A stretch of DNA of 32,000 nt from an uncultured Nitrososphaerota archaeon (GTDB lineage: Archaea > Korarchaeota > Korarchaeia > Korarchaeales > Korarchaeaceae): NCBI GenBank assembly GCA_964480775.1, contig CAYZRF010000001.1, positions 58,201 through 90,200 on the forward strand. The letters are read 5' to 3'. The position numbers were made by a program, and so were the translations under genes. Below are positions 17,276 through 24,552 of this stretch, piece by piece. Below the pieces are notes generated by a model, which did no database searches, was not told where the DNA came from, and saw only the letters and a list, made by a program, of their open reading frames with translations. Every line of letters begins with the position of its first letter. Positions within the stretch are counted from its first letter, which is position 1.

Positions 17276-17290
17276 ACGCAAAGCTTGCGT
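17276..17290. promoter_or_regulatory. Inverted repeat ACGCAA-AGC-TTGCGT just upstream of the TATA-like TTATTTTT of the 321-aa gene
   Basis: Read directly: 6-bp arms with a 3-nt spacer. The TATA-like element is at 17300-17307 and the first ATG at 17328. A direct repeat TTCCATC (17251-17257 and 17264-17270) lies just upstream. Confidence 0.35.
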
Positions 17291-17327
17291 TACGGTTCCT
17301 TATTTTTCTCAAGTTATCTTGATTAAC

Positions 17328-18284
17328 ATGATGGCGATGATGAAAGCTGATAAAACACGGAAAATCCTGGCCTTATCTGTCTTAACGCTCACGTGCATAG
17401 GTCCTATATTTACGATTGCAGCTCAACCAGAAGATCAAGGAAACATAGCAGAAAAGATATTACAGATCTATAATCGAGCTAGAGAACTCACTCTCCGTTG
17501 GGCTATAAGGGCAGAACAAGCAGGTGTTAAGGACATAGCCGAGGAACTAAGGAGGGCCGTTGAGAAGGCAGACGATCTGATCAATCAAGCAAAGGATAAA
17601 TTAGAATCAGGAGAGAGAACAGAAGCTGCTGAACTCGCTAAAAAAGCCATAAATACGCTAAGAGAAGCATTGCTTAACGTAAAGGAGGAGTATACTCCAT
17701 CAAATAATGCGACTAGAGCAAAGGAATTCTTGCTTTCCGCTGTCAGGAGGCTAAGAGGTCTTATCCAGAAGCTGGAAAACTCCCTCAGAGCACTTGAGAG
17801 TAGAGGAATGGATGTAAAGGAACCTAGAGAAAAGCTGGAAAGAGCTAAAGATATGCTAGAGGACGCAACTGGACTGATAAGTGAAGGTAAGCTTGGAGAG
17901 GCTAGAAAAAAGATAGAAGGGGCTGTTGAATTAATGAGAGAGGTTTACTCTTGGATCAAAGAGCACATTAAGGAAGCTAAGAAGGAGATGTTGGAGAGAA
18001 GGGTTCAGCGTATTGTGTCAGCTTCTGAGAGGACCATTGAAAAACTCGAAAGCCTTGAGGAATGGCTGATTCAACATAACAGAACGGAGGCTGCTGCCAA
18101 AGTTTCAGAGGCTAAGAGCGCTCTGTCTCAAGCTCTGAGAGATTTTAATGATGCAGTGGAGGAGCAGGACTATGCTGCTGCCAGAGAAGCCCTTAAGAAG
18201 ATGTTGATAATACTCAGAAGGATAAGGCAGTACGTCATAGAATACAAGTCTCACAAAGGGATTTCAGCAAGAGCAGGGGGTTAA
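17328..18284 (+). CDS. Exported, highly charged alpha-helical repeat protein (paralog of 9976-10995)
   Basis: The signal peptide is KILALSVLTLTCIGPIFTIAAQ, followed by continuous E/K/R/A-rich helical sequence. It shares blocks with the 339-aa protein. Several in-frame ATGs occur at 17328-17342. The track start at 17319 is TTG. Confidence 0.8.
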   Translation: MMAMMKADKTRKILALSVLTLTCIGPIFTIAAQPEDQGNIAEKILQIYNRARELTLRWAIRAEQAGVKDIAEELRRAVEKADDLINQAKDKLESGERTEAAELAKKAINTLREALLNVKEEYTPSNNATRAKEFLLSAVRRLRGLIQKLENSLRALESRGMDVKEPREKLERAKDMLEDATGLISEGKLGEARKKIEGAVELMREVYSWIKEHIKEAKKEMLERRVQRIVSASERTIEKLESLEEWLIQHNRTEAAAKVSEAKSALSQALRDFNDAVEEQDYAAAREALKKMLIILRRIRQYVIEYKSHKGISARAGG

Positions 18285-18327
18285 AACCCTTCTCCTTTTT
18301 ATTTTGATTTCCCTCAATTAGAGAGGA

Positions 18328-19203
18328 TTGAAGACCATAAATAGAGTAGCTCTACTCTTGATGCTATTGACCTCCCCCGTTCTAGTTGCTTCACAAACAT
18401 CACCAGAAATTGTCGAAATAGAGGTGTACGAAGATGGCTGGGTCAATTTGAGTTATGAGATCAGCTTCTCAGATCCAGAACTAGTCGTCTATCTGCCCCT
18501 TTATGCTTCCCCAACATTTTTAGTTGTTATGGACGAAGAAGGTCTGCCCCTTAATGCTTCAGTAGTAGGAGAGTTTGTTGAGGTCCAACTCCTCGGGTCT
18601 CAGAAGGTAAAGATTTCATACTTCACTCAGGATATTGTCGAGAAGAAAGGAGCAGTCTGGACCTTAAATCTCAGCGTAATTCCCGTGAAAGCTCTTATAA
18701 CACTGCCTAAAGGTGCAAGAATTATTGGTCTATCGGATGTCCCTGAGACAATAATTACTGGAGGAGAGGAAAAAGGAATTCAATTAGTTATGCCTTCTGG
18801 AGCTAAATGGATAAGCTATGTTCAATCCTTCCCCTCAGTAATCGAAGGTGAGCAAAGCAAAGAATGGTGGAAGCCCCTTTGGTTTCTAATTCCGATAAGT
18901 TTTGGGGCCTTATCTGTCATCCTGATTGTAATTCGAATAAGAAGAGCTAAAGAGAAGAAAAAACTGGATCTTGTGGACAAAAAGATTCTGAAGGAACTTG
19001 CAACAGGTGGCCTTTACCTTACGGAATTGGCCGAGAAGATCGGAAGGTCAAAAACAACGGCATGGAGGCGTTGTCGTGCACTTGAAAAGGCTGGTTTGCT
19101 AAGGGTAATTAGGAGACCGGATGGAAACTTCATAAAATTAACAAATTCAGGTCAAACCTTGGCTAAAAAGTCTGAAGAACTAACTAACCAAGGAAAAGTC
19201 TAA
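18328..19203 (+). CDS. Membrane-tethered winged-helix DNA-binding protein: signal peptide, ~160-aa beta-rich exodomain, TM helix, cytoplasmic wHTH
   Basis: The signal peptide is MKTINRVALLLMLLTSPVLVASQ and the TM helix is WWKPLWFLIPISFGALSVILIVI. A positive-inside stretch RIRRAKEKKK follows. Then comes KILKELATGGLYLTELAEKIGRSKTTAWRRCRALEKAGLLRVIRRPDG, a MarR/ArsR/TrmB-like wHTH at about 18970-19152. The TTG start is preceded by GAGAGGA. Confidence 0.75.
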   Translation: MKTINRVALLLMLLTSPVLVASQTSPEIVEIEVYEDGWVNLSYEISFSDPELVVYLPLYASPTFLVVMDEEGLPLNASVVGEFVEVQLLGSQKVKISYFTQDIVEKKGAVWTLNLSVIPVKALITLPKGARIIGLSDVPETIITGGEEKGIQLVMPSGAKWISYVQSFPSVIEGEQSKEWWKPLWFLIPISFGALSVILIVIRIRRAKEKKKLDLVDKKILKELATGGLYLTELAEKIGRSKTTAWRRCRALEKAGLLRVIRRPDGNFIKLTNSGQTLAKKSEELTNQGKV

Positions 19204-19215
19204 AAGACACTTGGC

Positions 19216-19238
19216 TTTTTGATTCTCTAATATTTTTT
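19216..19238 (+). terminator. Oligo-T runs downstream of the wHTH gene
   Basis: GGCTTTTTGATTCTCTAATATTTTTTGG begins about 10 nt after the stop at 19203. Confidence 0.4.
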
Positions 19239-19284
19239 GGCCTCCCATCTGGCTTTTAAATAAAGTGGTCTTTCAGAAAAGTTG

Positions 19285-19794
19285 ATGTCAAGAGAAGAAC
19301 TCCCCTTTGGCCTAGAATCAGACGAAAGAGTGCTTTGGAGCAAGCGTCCAGAGACCGCTCCTTACTTAGGAAAATCATTGATCTTCACAATACTAGGACT
19401 CTTCTTTGCCATACCTGCTACAGCCGTGCTCATAGAAATAAAGAGCGCACCTTTGTTTCTTTTGGCGCTTCCAGGAATTATAGCTATTGTAGGATACTTT
19501 CTAGCAATCATACCTCCTTTAGCAAAGGTTCTGTCCTTGAAAAAGGTCAAGTATTTGATCACAAACAAGAGAATCGTAATACTTGGCGGTGTGTTTGATT
19601 CATCTATCAAGACAATTGATTTTTCTGACATAGAGTCGGTGATCATTAGGAGAGGATTCTGGGACAAAAGATTTGGGACTTCAACGCTTTACATAATCGT
19701 AAAGGGCGTTTTCATCGTACCCTCCTTCTCTTCCATAACGAATGCGGAGGAGGCTAAGGAACTGATAGAGAGGATGCTTGCTGAACGAAGGTAA
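19285..19794 (+). CDS. Membrane protein with bacterial-type PH domain (bPH_2/YdbS-YdbT-like)
   Basis: Two TM helices (IFTILGLFFAIPATAVLI and LLALPGIIAIVGYFLAIIPPLA) are followed by VKYLITNKRIVILGG...TIDFSDIESVII, which is typical of bPH_2. The ATG at 19285 immediately follows the TTG at 19282. Confidence 0.7.
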   Translation: MSREELPFGLESDERVLWSKRPETAPYLGKSLIFTILGLFFAIPATAVLIEIKSAPLFLLALPGIIAIVGYFLAIIPPLAKVLSLKKVKYLITNKRIVILGGVFDSSIKTIDFSDIESVIIRRGFWDKRFGTSTLYIIVKGVFIVPSFSSITNAEEAKELIERMLAERR

Positions 19795-19805
19795 GAAGTC
19801 CTTGG

Positions 19806-20186
19806 GTGGGTTCTGTGAAGTGTGTTCCGGGTTGTTACCTATGTTGTGTTGAAACTGACATGATACTCACAAAAGAAGACTTCAAAAACCTTCTATCTTT
19901 AGGATATAGGCCTGAGGAATTCTCAGAGTATCGAGACGGATATCTAAGGCTAAAAAATAAGAAAGGAAGGTGTTTTTTCTTAAACGAAAGAGGGACCTGT
20001 ACAGTCTACAAGAACAGACCAGTAGGTTGTAGGGCCTATCCAGTTGTTTATGACGTTAAGGAAAGAAAATGCAAGATAGATGAAGAATGCCCAGCAGGGA
20101 ATACCGTCACGCCAGAAGAGTTCTTAGAGAAATGTAAGCTAGTTATCAGAGCTCTGCCACAACTAATAAAGGGGGATACGGGTTGA
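19806..20186 (+). CDS. YkgJ-family cysteine-cluster protein (CxxCxxCC Zn/Fe-chelating domain, UPF0153)
   Basis: CVPGCYLCCVE is the CxxxCxxCC block. CFFLNERGTCTVYKNRPVGCRAYP is the hallmark second block. GTG start. The stop overlaps the next gene's start (TTGA at 20183-20186). Confidence 0.75.
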   Translation: MGSVKCVPGCYLCCVETDMILTKEDFKNLLSLGYRPEEFSEYRDGYLRLKNKKGRCFFLNERGTCTVYKNRPVGCRAYPVVYDVKERKCKIDEECPAGNTVTPEEFLEKCKLVIRALPQLIKGDTG

Positions 20187-21106
20187 CAGTTAGCTGCAAA
20201 TACTGTGATAAAGTTGCTAAATACTTTGTCCCGAATTTAGGAGCCTCTCTGTGTGATGAACACTTTTTATCCTACTTTTACAAGAGAGTGAAGAGAGTTC
20301 TTGAGAGAGCTGGCAAGGGAAAGAGGATTTTGGTCGGCGTCTCAGGTGGGAAAGACTCCATATCTGCATTATATGCGCTCTCAGCACTTAGAGATGAGTT
20401 TAATATAGAAATTGGCGCCGTACACATAGATTTAGGCTTTCCAGGTATGGAAGAGTGCTGTGAGATATTTAGAAGGGCTTGTGTAAGAAACGGGGTAAAA
20501 CGGTACGTGATCTCCTTAAAAGAAGAGTATGGCTTTGCTATTCCCGATTTAGCTAAGAGTATAAGGACCCTCTGTCAAGCTTGCGGTGTTGTTAGGAGAT
20601 ACCTGCTAAATAAGCTTGCATGGGAAGAAAAATATGATTTCGTTGCTACAGGTCATAATCTAGATGACATGGTTTATTTCGCGTTCAACAACCTGATTAC
20701 TCATAACATTTCCTTTCTAAACACATTGGATTCTGTTCTACCCTCAATTCCAAGACTCAAGCTAGTTGGAAGGATTAGGCCTTTGTTTTGGCTAAACGAC
20801 ATGGACTCTCTAACATATCTAGAAGTAATAAACGCAGAGTACTGTTATAGAAAGTGTCCTTTTCATGAGAAAACGAAACAATTATTTCTAAAGCCTCTAT
20901 TCGATGAAGTCCAAAAGGAATGGCCCCAAAGCAAGATAAATCTGGTTACCTCCTTGAGAAAGTTAGTGAGATTATCATCGATTATTGAGAAGAGAGAAGA
21001 AAGCATGAGACTCTGCTCGAGGTGTGGCTATCCAAGTATGTTAGAAATATGCTCCTTTTGCAGATTAAGAGAAAAAATTGAAAAGGCCAAGGCCTCTGAT
21101 CTTTAA
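20183..21106 (+). CDS. ttuA: tRNA 2-thiolation PP-loop ATPase, TtuA/Ncs6 family
   Basis: The N-terminal zinc finger is CKYCDK...CDEH, the PP-loop is VGVSGGKDS, and GHNLDD is present. Fe-S ligand candidates are CQAC plus YCYRKCPF. The C-terminal zinc finger is CSRCGYP...CSFC. The length (307 aa) matches archaeal TtuA. Confidence 0.85.
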   Translation: MTVSCKYCDKVAKYFVPNLGASLCDEHFLSYFYKRVKRVLERAGKGKRILVGVSGGKDSISALYALSALRDEFNIEIGAVHIDLGFPGMEECCEIFRRACVRNGVKRYVISLKEEYGFAIPDLAKSIRTLCQACGVVRRYLLNKLAWEEKYDFVATGHNLDDMVYFAFNNLITHNISFLNTLDSVLPSIPRLKLVGRIRPLFWLNDMDSLTYLEVINAEYCYRKCPFHEKTKQLFLKPLFDEVQKEWPQSKINLVTSLRKLVRLSSIIEKREESMRLCSRCGYPSMLEICSFCRLREKIEKAKASDL

Positions 21107-21142
21107 AAAGAGGCTATTTCCCATTAATCAGGAGGGATTGAC

Positions 21143-21487
21143 ATGGGCAGTCCTTATTCCAAAGATGAAGAACCAATCTTGGTATTCAGCACAGCTCCTG
21201 ACATGGAAAGCGCTAAAGAAATGGCTAGGTTGCTGGTGTTAGAGAGGCTTATAGCGTGCGTGAATCTAATTCCAGGTATAGTCAGTTATTACTGGTGGCA
21301 AGAGGAAGTGAGGGCAGAGGAAGAGGTACTGATGATAATGAAAACCTCTAAGGCGAAGTTCAAGGATTTAGAACTGAAAATAAAAGAAATACATCCATAC
21401 GACATACCAGAAATTCTGGCTTGTCCAGTAAAGGAGATAAGCGAGGACTATCTTGGGTGGCTTCTATCAGAAGTTGAGCTAAGATAA
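21143..21487 (+). CDS. cutA: Divalent-cation tolerance protein CutA
   Basis: VFSTAPDMESAKEMARLLVLERLIACVNLIPGIVSYYWWQEEV...IHPYDIPEI matches the CutA1 family throughout. A GGAGGG SD lies 8 nt upstream of the ATG. Confidence 0.9.
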   Translation: MGSPYSKDEEPILVFSTAPDMESAKEMARLLVLERLIACVNLIPGIVSYYWWQEEVRAEEEVLMIMKTSKAKFKDLELKIKEIHPYDIPEILACPVKEISEDYLGWLLSEVELR

Positions 21488-21771
21488 ATCACTTCAATCA
21501 CTATTTGAGGATCGATTAGTTTTATCCTCGGAACGATGTTATTGACAAATCCTTCACGGGATAGTAGAATTCTAAGTTCAGCCCTGTTAATCCACGGCTC
21601 CAAGAATAGGAGGGCAAGAATCCTTTTATTATCAGCTATTAGATACTCATATCCATGTATTCTAACGTAAAAACCCAGGCTTCTTATCTGGTGATATAAC
21701 TCCTCCCTTATCTCCGGAAAGATGAATCTAGATCGTCTTTTCTTCATCATCGTGCTTCTCCCTTCTAACAT
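21448..21771 (-). CDS. Hypothetical small protein (uncertain)
   Basis: This 107-aa ORF has three possible ATGs (21771, 21750, 21747). It overlaps the 3' end of the MFS gene on the same strand and the 3' end of cutA convergently. I recognise no motif. Confidence 0.3.
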   Translation of the reverse strand: MLEGRSTMMKKRRSRFIFPEIREELYHQIRSLGFYVRIHGYEYLIADNKRILALLFLEPWINRAELRILLSREGFVNNIVPRIKLIDPQIVIEVIYLSSTSDRSHPR

Positions 21772-22954
21772 CGGCCAAAACAGATTTCGAGGGTAAAAGC
21801 ATGCATGATATGACAGCCATCAGGCTCATCAAAAAGACAGATATCAAGATAGTTACGTCGGGGGACAGATCATAGAGTTTTCCTCCTGCGATGTTGCTTG
21901 CTGATAGCATAACGTTTGACATAAGCCTGCTGACGGCATCGACCCTCCCTCTCACTTCAGGTACCGTCACATCTGCACGCAAGGCAAATATTGCTGGAAA
22001 TCTTGGCATAATGGATGAAGCTAACAAAGATGCTAGAATGAAACCCTTTGCTCCTTTTGGAGACATAAATAGGATTAGATACCCGACAGAGGTTGAGAAG
22101 AAGGATAGAGAAACCACCTCCTTCCTTCCTACTTTGTCAGTTAGGTAGCCAGAGAGCGGCTGGCTAAATAATCCAGCAACTGAGGCCACTAAGTTCGCAA
22201 AGCCCCAATATGCTGGGTCTATCTCCAGACTTTCCACAGCATATATCTGTATAAACGGATCTATTAGTCCTGTAAAGGCTATTCCCATTGCACTAATCAA
22301 CGCAACCCTTCCAACTTCTTTTTTGAAAAGAGGAAGGACTTTTAGGTAGTCCTTCAGCATCCCTCTAAATGAGGGTTTTGTCTTCTTGGGAATGGTCTCT
22401 ATAAGGAAAGATCTTACCAGAGAACCGCAAATTAAGCCTATTGCTGATAAGAAATAGAGGAATCTGACACCGCTCTCTATTCCCTTGACCTTAACTATAT
22501 ACGCAGCTATGGCTGGACCTAACATCCCGAACACTCCGCTTATTGTGTTGGAAAGAGCCATATACCTGCCTCTTTCTCCCTCCGGTAAACTATCTGCCAT
22601 CAGGGCCCAGATTGCTGGTTGATAAAGGAGGGCGACAGAGGCAATCATGCGAGCGATCAACAGCCAAGTCCAGTCTTTTGCAATGGAGAAAAGAAGCCTA
22701 GTAAGGGCTAGAGTAAATGTCATCTGTACGACAAGTCTTTTTCTCCCGACAACATCGCATAAATATCCGCCAAAAAGTCTTGAAAAACCCAAAACCAAGG
22801 AAGAAAGTGAGGATATAAGTCCTACTTGAATGTTAGTAGCACCAAGGGATCTAGCATATAAAGAGAAATAGATCCCAGCAGCTCTTGTGAAGGGACTCAT
22901 AATTGCCCAGCTTATTGTCATTATAATGAGGTTTCTCTTGCCAGCTTTCTCCAT
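21728..22954 (-). CDS. MFS transporter
   Basis: About 12 hydrophobic segments are present. MFS motif A appears in both halves: GGYLCDVVGRKRL and SGYLTDKVGRKEV. Confidence 0.85.
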   Translation of the reverse strand: MEKAGKRNLIIMTISWAIMSPFTRAAGIYFSLYARSLGATNIQVGLISSLSSLVLGFSRLFGGYLCDVVGRKRLVVQMTFTLALTRLLFSIAKDWTWLLIARMIASVALLYQPAIWALMADSLPEGERGRYMALSNTISGVFGMLGPAIAAYIVKVKGIESGVRFLYFLSAIGLICGSLVRSFLIETIPKKTKPSFRGMLKDYLKVLPLFKKEVGRVALISAMGIAFTGLIDPFIQIYAVESLEIDPAYWGFANLVASVAGLFSQPLSGYLTDKVGRKEVVSLSFFSTSVGYLILFMSPKGAKGFILASLLASSIMPRFPAIFALRADVTVPEVRGRVDAVSRLMSNVMLSASNIAGGKLYDLSPDVTILISVFLMSLMAVISCMLLPSKSVLADVRREKHDDEEKTI

Positions 22955-22989
22955 AGCTGAGAACCCTCCGATAGCCTCACCTTAATGTG

Positions 22990-23619
22990 TTAAGGTACAG
23001 CCCTCCTAACTGAGCCATAGAGCTGACTAAAAAGCATTAAAATTCCAGATATAAGGAAAATATCGGATCCTAAACTTGAGAACGATAATTCGGCTCCTAC
23101 TGATTCCATTAGACCAATAAAATCGTTTAGGGTCCCTATTCCATGTGTTACTGATGGTGATTTCATAATTATTCCTATCAATATTATGAGAGCTGAGGAA
23201 ACTAAGGCTTCTTTGTGATAAGACTTTCTTCGGAATAATTTCATCAAGGGCCAGAGTCCTACGATAACTCCTAGAAGAGGAAACCAGAAGATGAGGTGAA
23301 TGTTAGAGAGCATAGTTTCTTCCGAGGCAATTGCTCCAGCAAAAGCCCCAGGTAACCCTTCTATTGAGACTCTCATCTTGTTGTACAAATAAAAATCATA
23401 AGTTCCGTTCATCCAAACGCCCATAAGAGGGACAGACATCTTAATCGAGAACCAAGGTAAGAAAAGCGAAATCAATGCTAGAAGTTCTCCAATTATCAAA
23501 AGAAACCTATCAACTATGGCGGTCTTAGGAGGAAATGTTCTCTGTTCTTCCACATAAACGTTCGAACTCAATTCGAGAGACTCAGCTTTCGTCATACAGC
23601 CTTTCATCCAGCGTAACAT
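22990..23619 (-). CDS. Hypothetical polytopic membrane protein
   Basis: A 209-aa ORF with about 5 hydrophobic helices. It lies 35 nt upstream of the MFS gene on the same strand. No recognisable motif. Confidence 0.55.
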   Translation of the reverse strand: MLRWMKGCMTKAESLELSSNVYVEEQRTFPPKTAIVDRFLLIIGELLALISLFLPWFSIKMSVPLMGVWMNGTYDFYLYNKMRVSIEGLPGAFAGAIASEETMLSNIHLIFWFPLLGVIVGLWPLMKLFRRKSYHKEALVSSALIILIGIIMKSPSVTHGIGTLNDFIGLMESVGAELSFSSLGSDIFLISGILMLFSQLYGSVRRAVP

Positions 23620-23678
23620 AATTAAAATCTATGAAGCTATCTATCTCCCCCATACAATTGCTGTGAGGATCGAGAAAG

Positions 23679-24518
23679 TTGAGAAGAGAGGACTTTCAAG
23701 GCAAAGTCTTGCTCGTTTTATTGGCAGCAGCCTGGGGTGGAACTTTTCCAACAATGAAGATAGCAATTTTGGATTTAGATGTATTTTTCTTTCTTTCGTT
23801 AAGATTTGGCATTGCGCTTTTGTCATTCATACCCCTTCTTATTCTGACAAAGAGGAGGATCATTCCAGACGTGAGAAGTATGGGAGTAGGATTTGTCGTA
23901 TTTTCTGGATTTCTTTTCCAGGTTTTTGGCCTCAAATATACCACAGCCATAAACTCAGCATTTATAACGAGCCTTAACTCCCCTCTCGTCCCCTTCCTTG
24001 GGTTGCTACTCTTCAGAAGAAAACCTAGTTGGAGGGCCATCCTTGGCATAATAATAGGAATGTTGGGCCTAGCCTTGCTTACTGGGGTTTATAGAGGAAT
24101 AACTATTTCCAAAGGTGACCTCCTAACATTCCTGTGCGCAATCTCATGGGCTCTTCAGATACTTCTAGTAGATGTGGTCACTAGAGATATAGATGCCCTC
24201 GAGCTAGCATACTCTGAGTCCTTTTCAGTTTTCGTCCTTTCAGCTATTTCATCTCTTGCTATAGGTGAGAAGTGGGTTATGCCAAATGAGAGCGGTATGT
24301 TAGCGGTGGCATACACTGGTATCGTTGCTACTACTTTCGCCTTTTTTGCCCAAGCTAGGTCACAAGAAATGGTATCTCCGGAACTCACTGGTCTCATGTT
24401 GTTGTTAGAACCAGTATTTGCATCTTTTTTCTCCTTTATAATTCTTAGAGAGATTCTTGGAGTTATAGAGGTTTTGGGTGCGCTCTTAATCCTCCTAGGA
24501 GTCAAGATCTCAGAATAG
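23679..24518 (+). CDS. EamA/DMT-family transporter (two EamA domains)
   Basis: 10 TM-like segments. The N-terminus VLLVLLAAAWGGTFPTMK is typical of EamA, and there is internal duplication. TTG start. Confidence 0.8.
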   Translation: MRREDFQGKVLLVLLAAAWGGTFPTMKIAILDLDVFFFLSLRFGIALLSFIPLLILTKRRIIPDVRSMGVGFVVFSGFLFQVFGLKYTTAINSAFITSLNSPLVPFLGLLLFRRKPSWRAILGIIIGMLGLALLTGVYRGITISKGDLLTFLCAISWALQILLVDVVTRDIDALELAYSESFSVFVLSAISSLAIGEKWVMPNESGMLAVAYTGIVATTFAFFAQARSQEMVSPELTGLMLLLEPVFASFFSFIILREILGVIEVLGALLILLGVKISE

Positions 24519-24552
24519 GCAAGCTATGATTTTTCATTGGATGCAGCTTTCT

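Noticed and set aside
23696-24505. Minus-strand ORFs of 116-117 aa opposite the EamA transporter gene, plus the plus-strand 104-aa ORF at 23663-23977.
   Set aside because: They overlap a 10-TM EamA frame and have no motifs. The compositional bias is typical of frames opposite membrane-protein genes.
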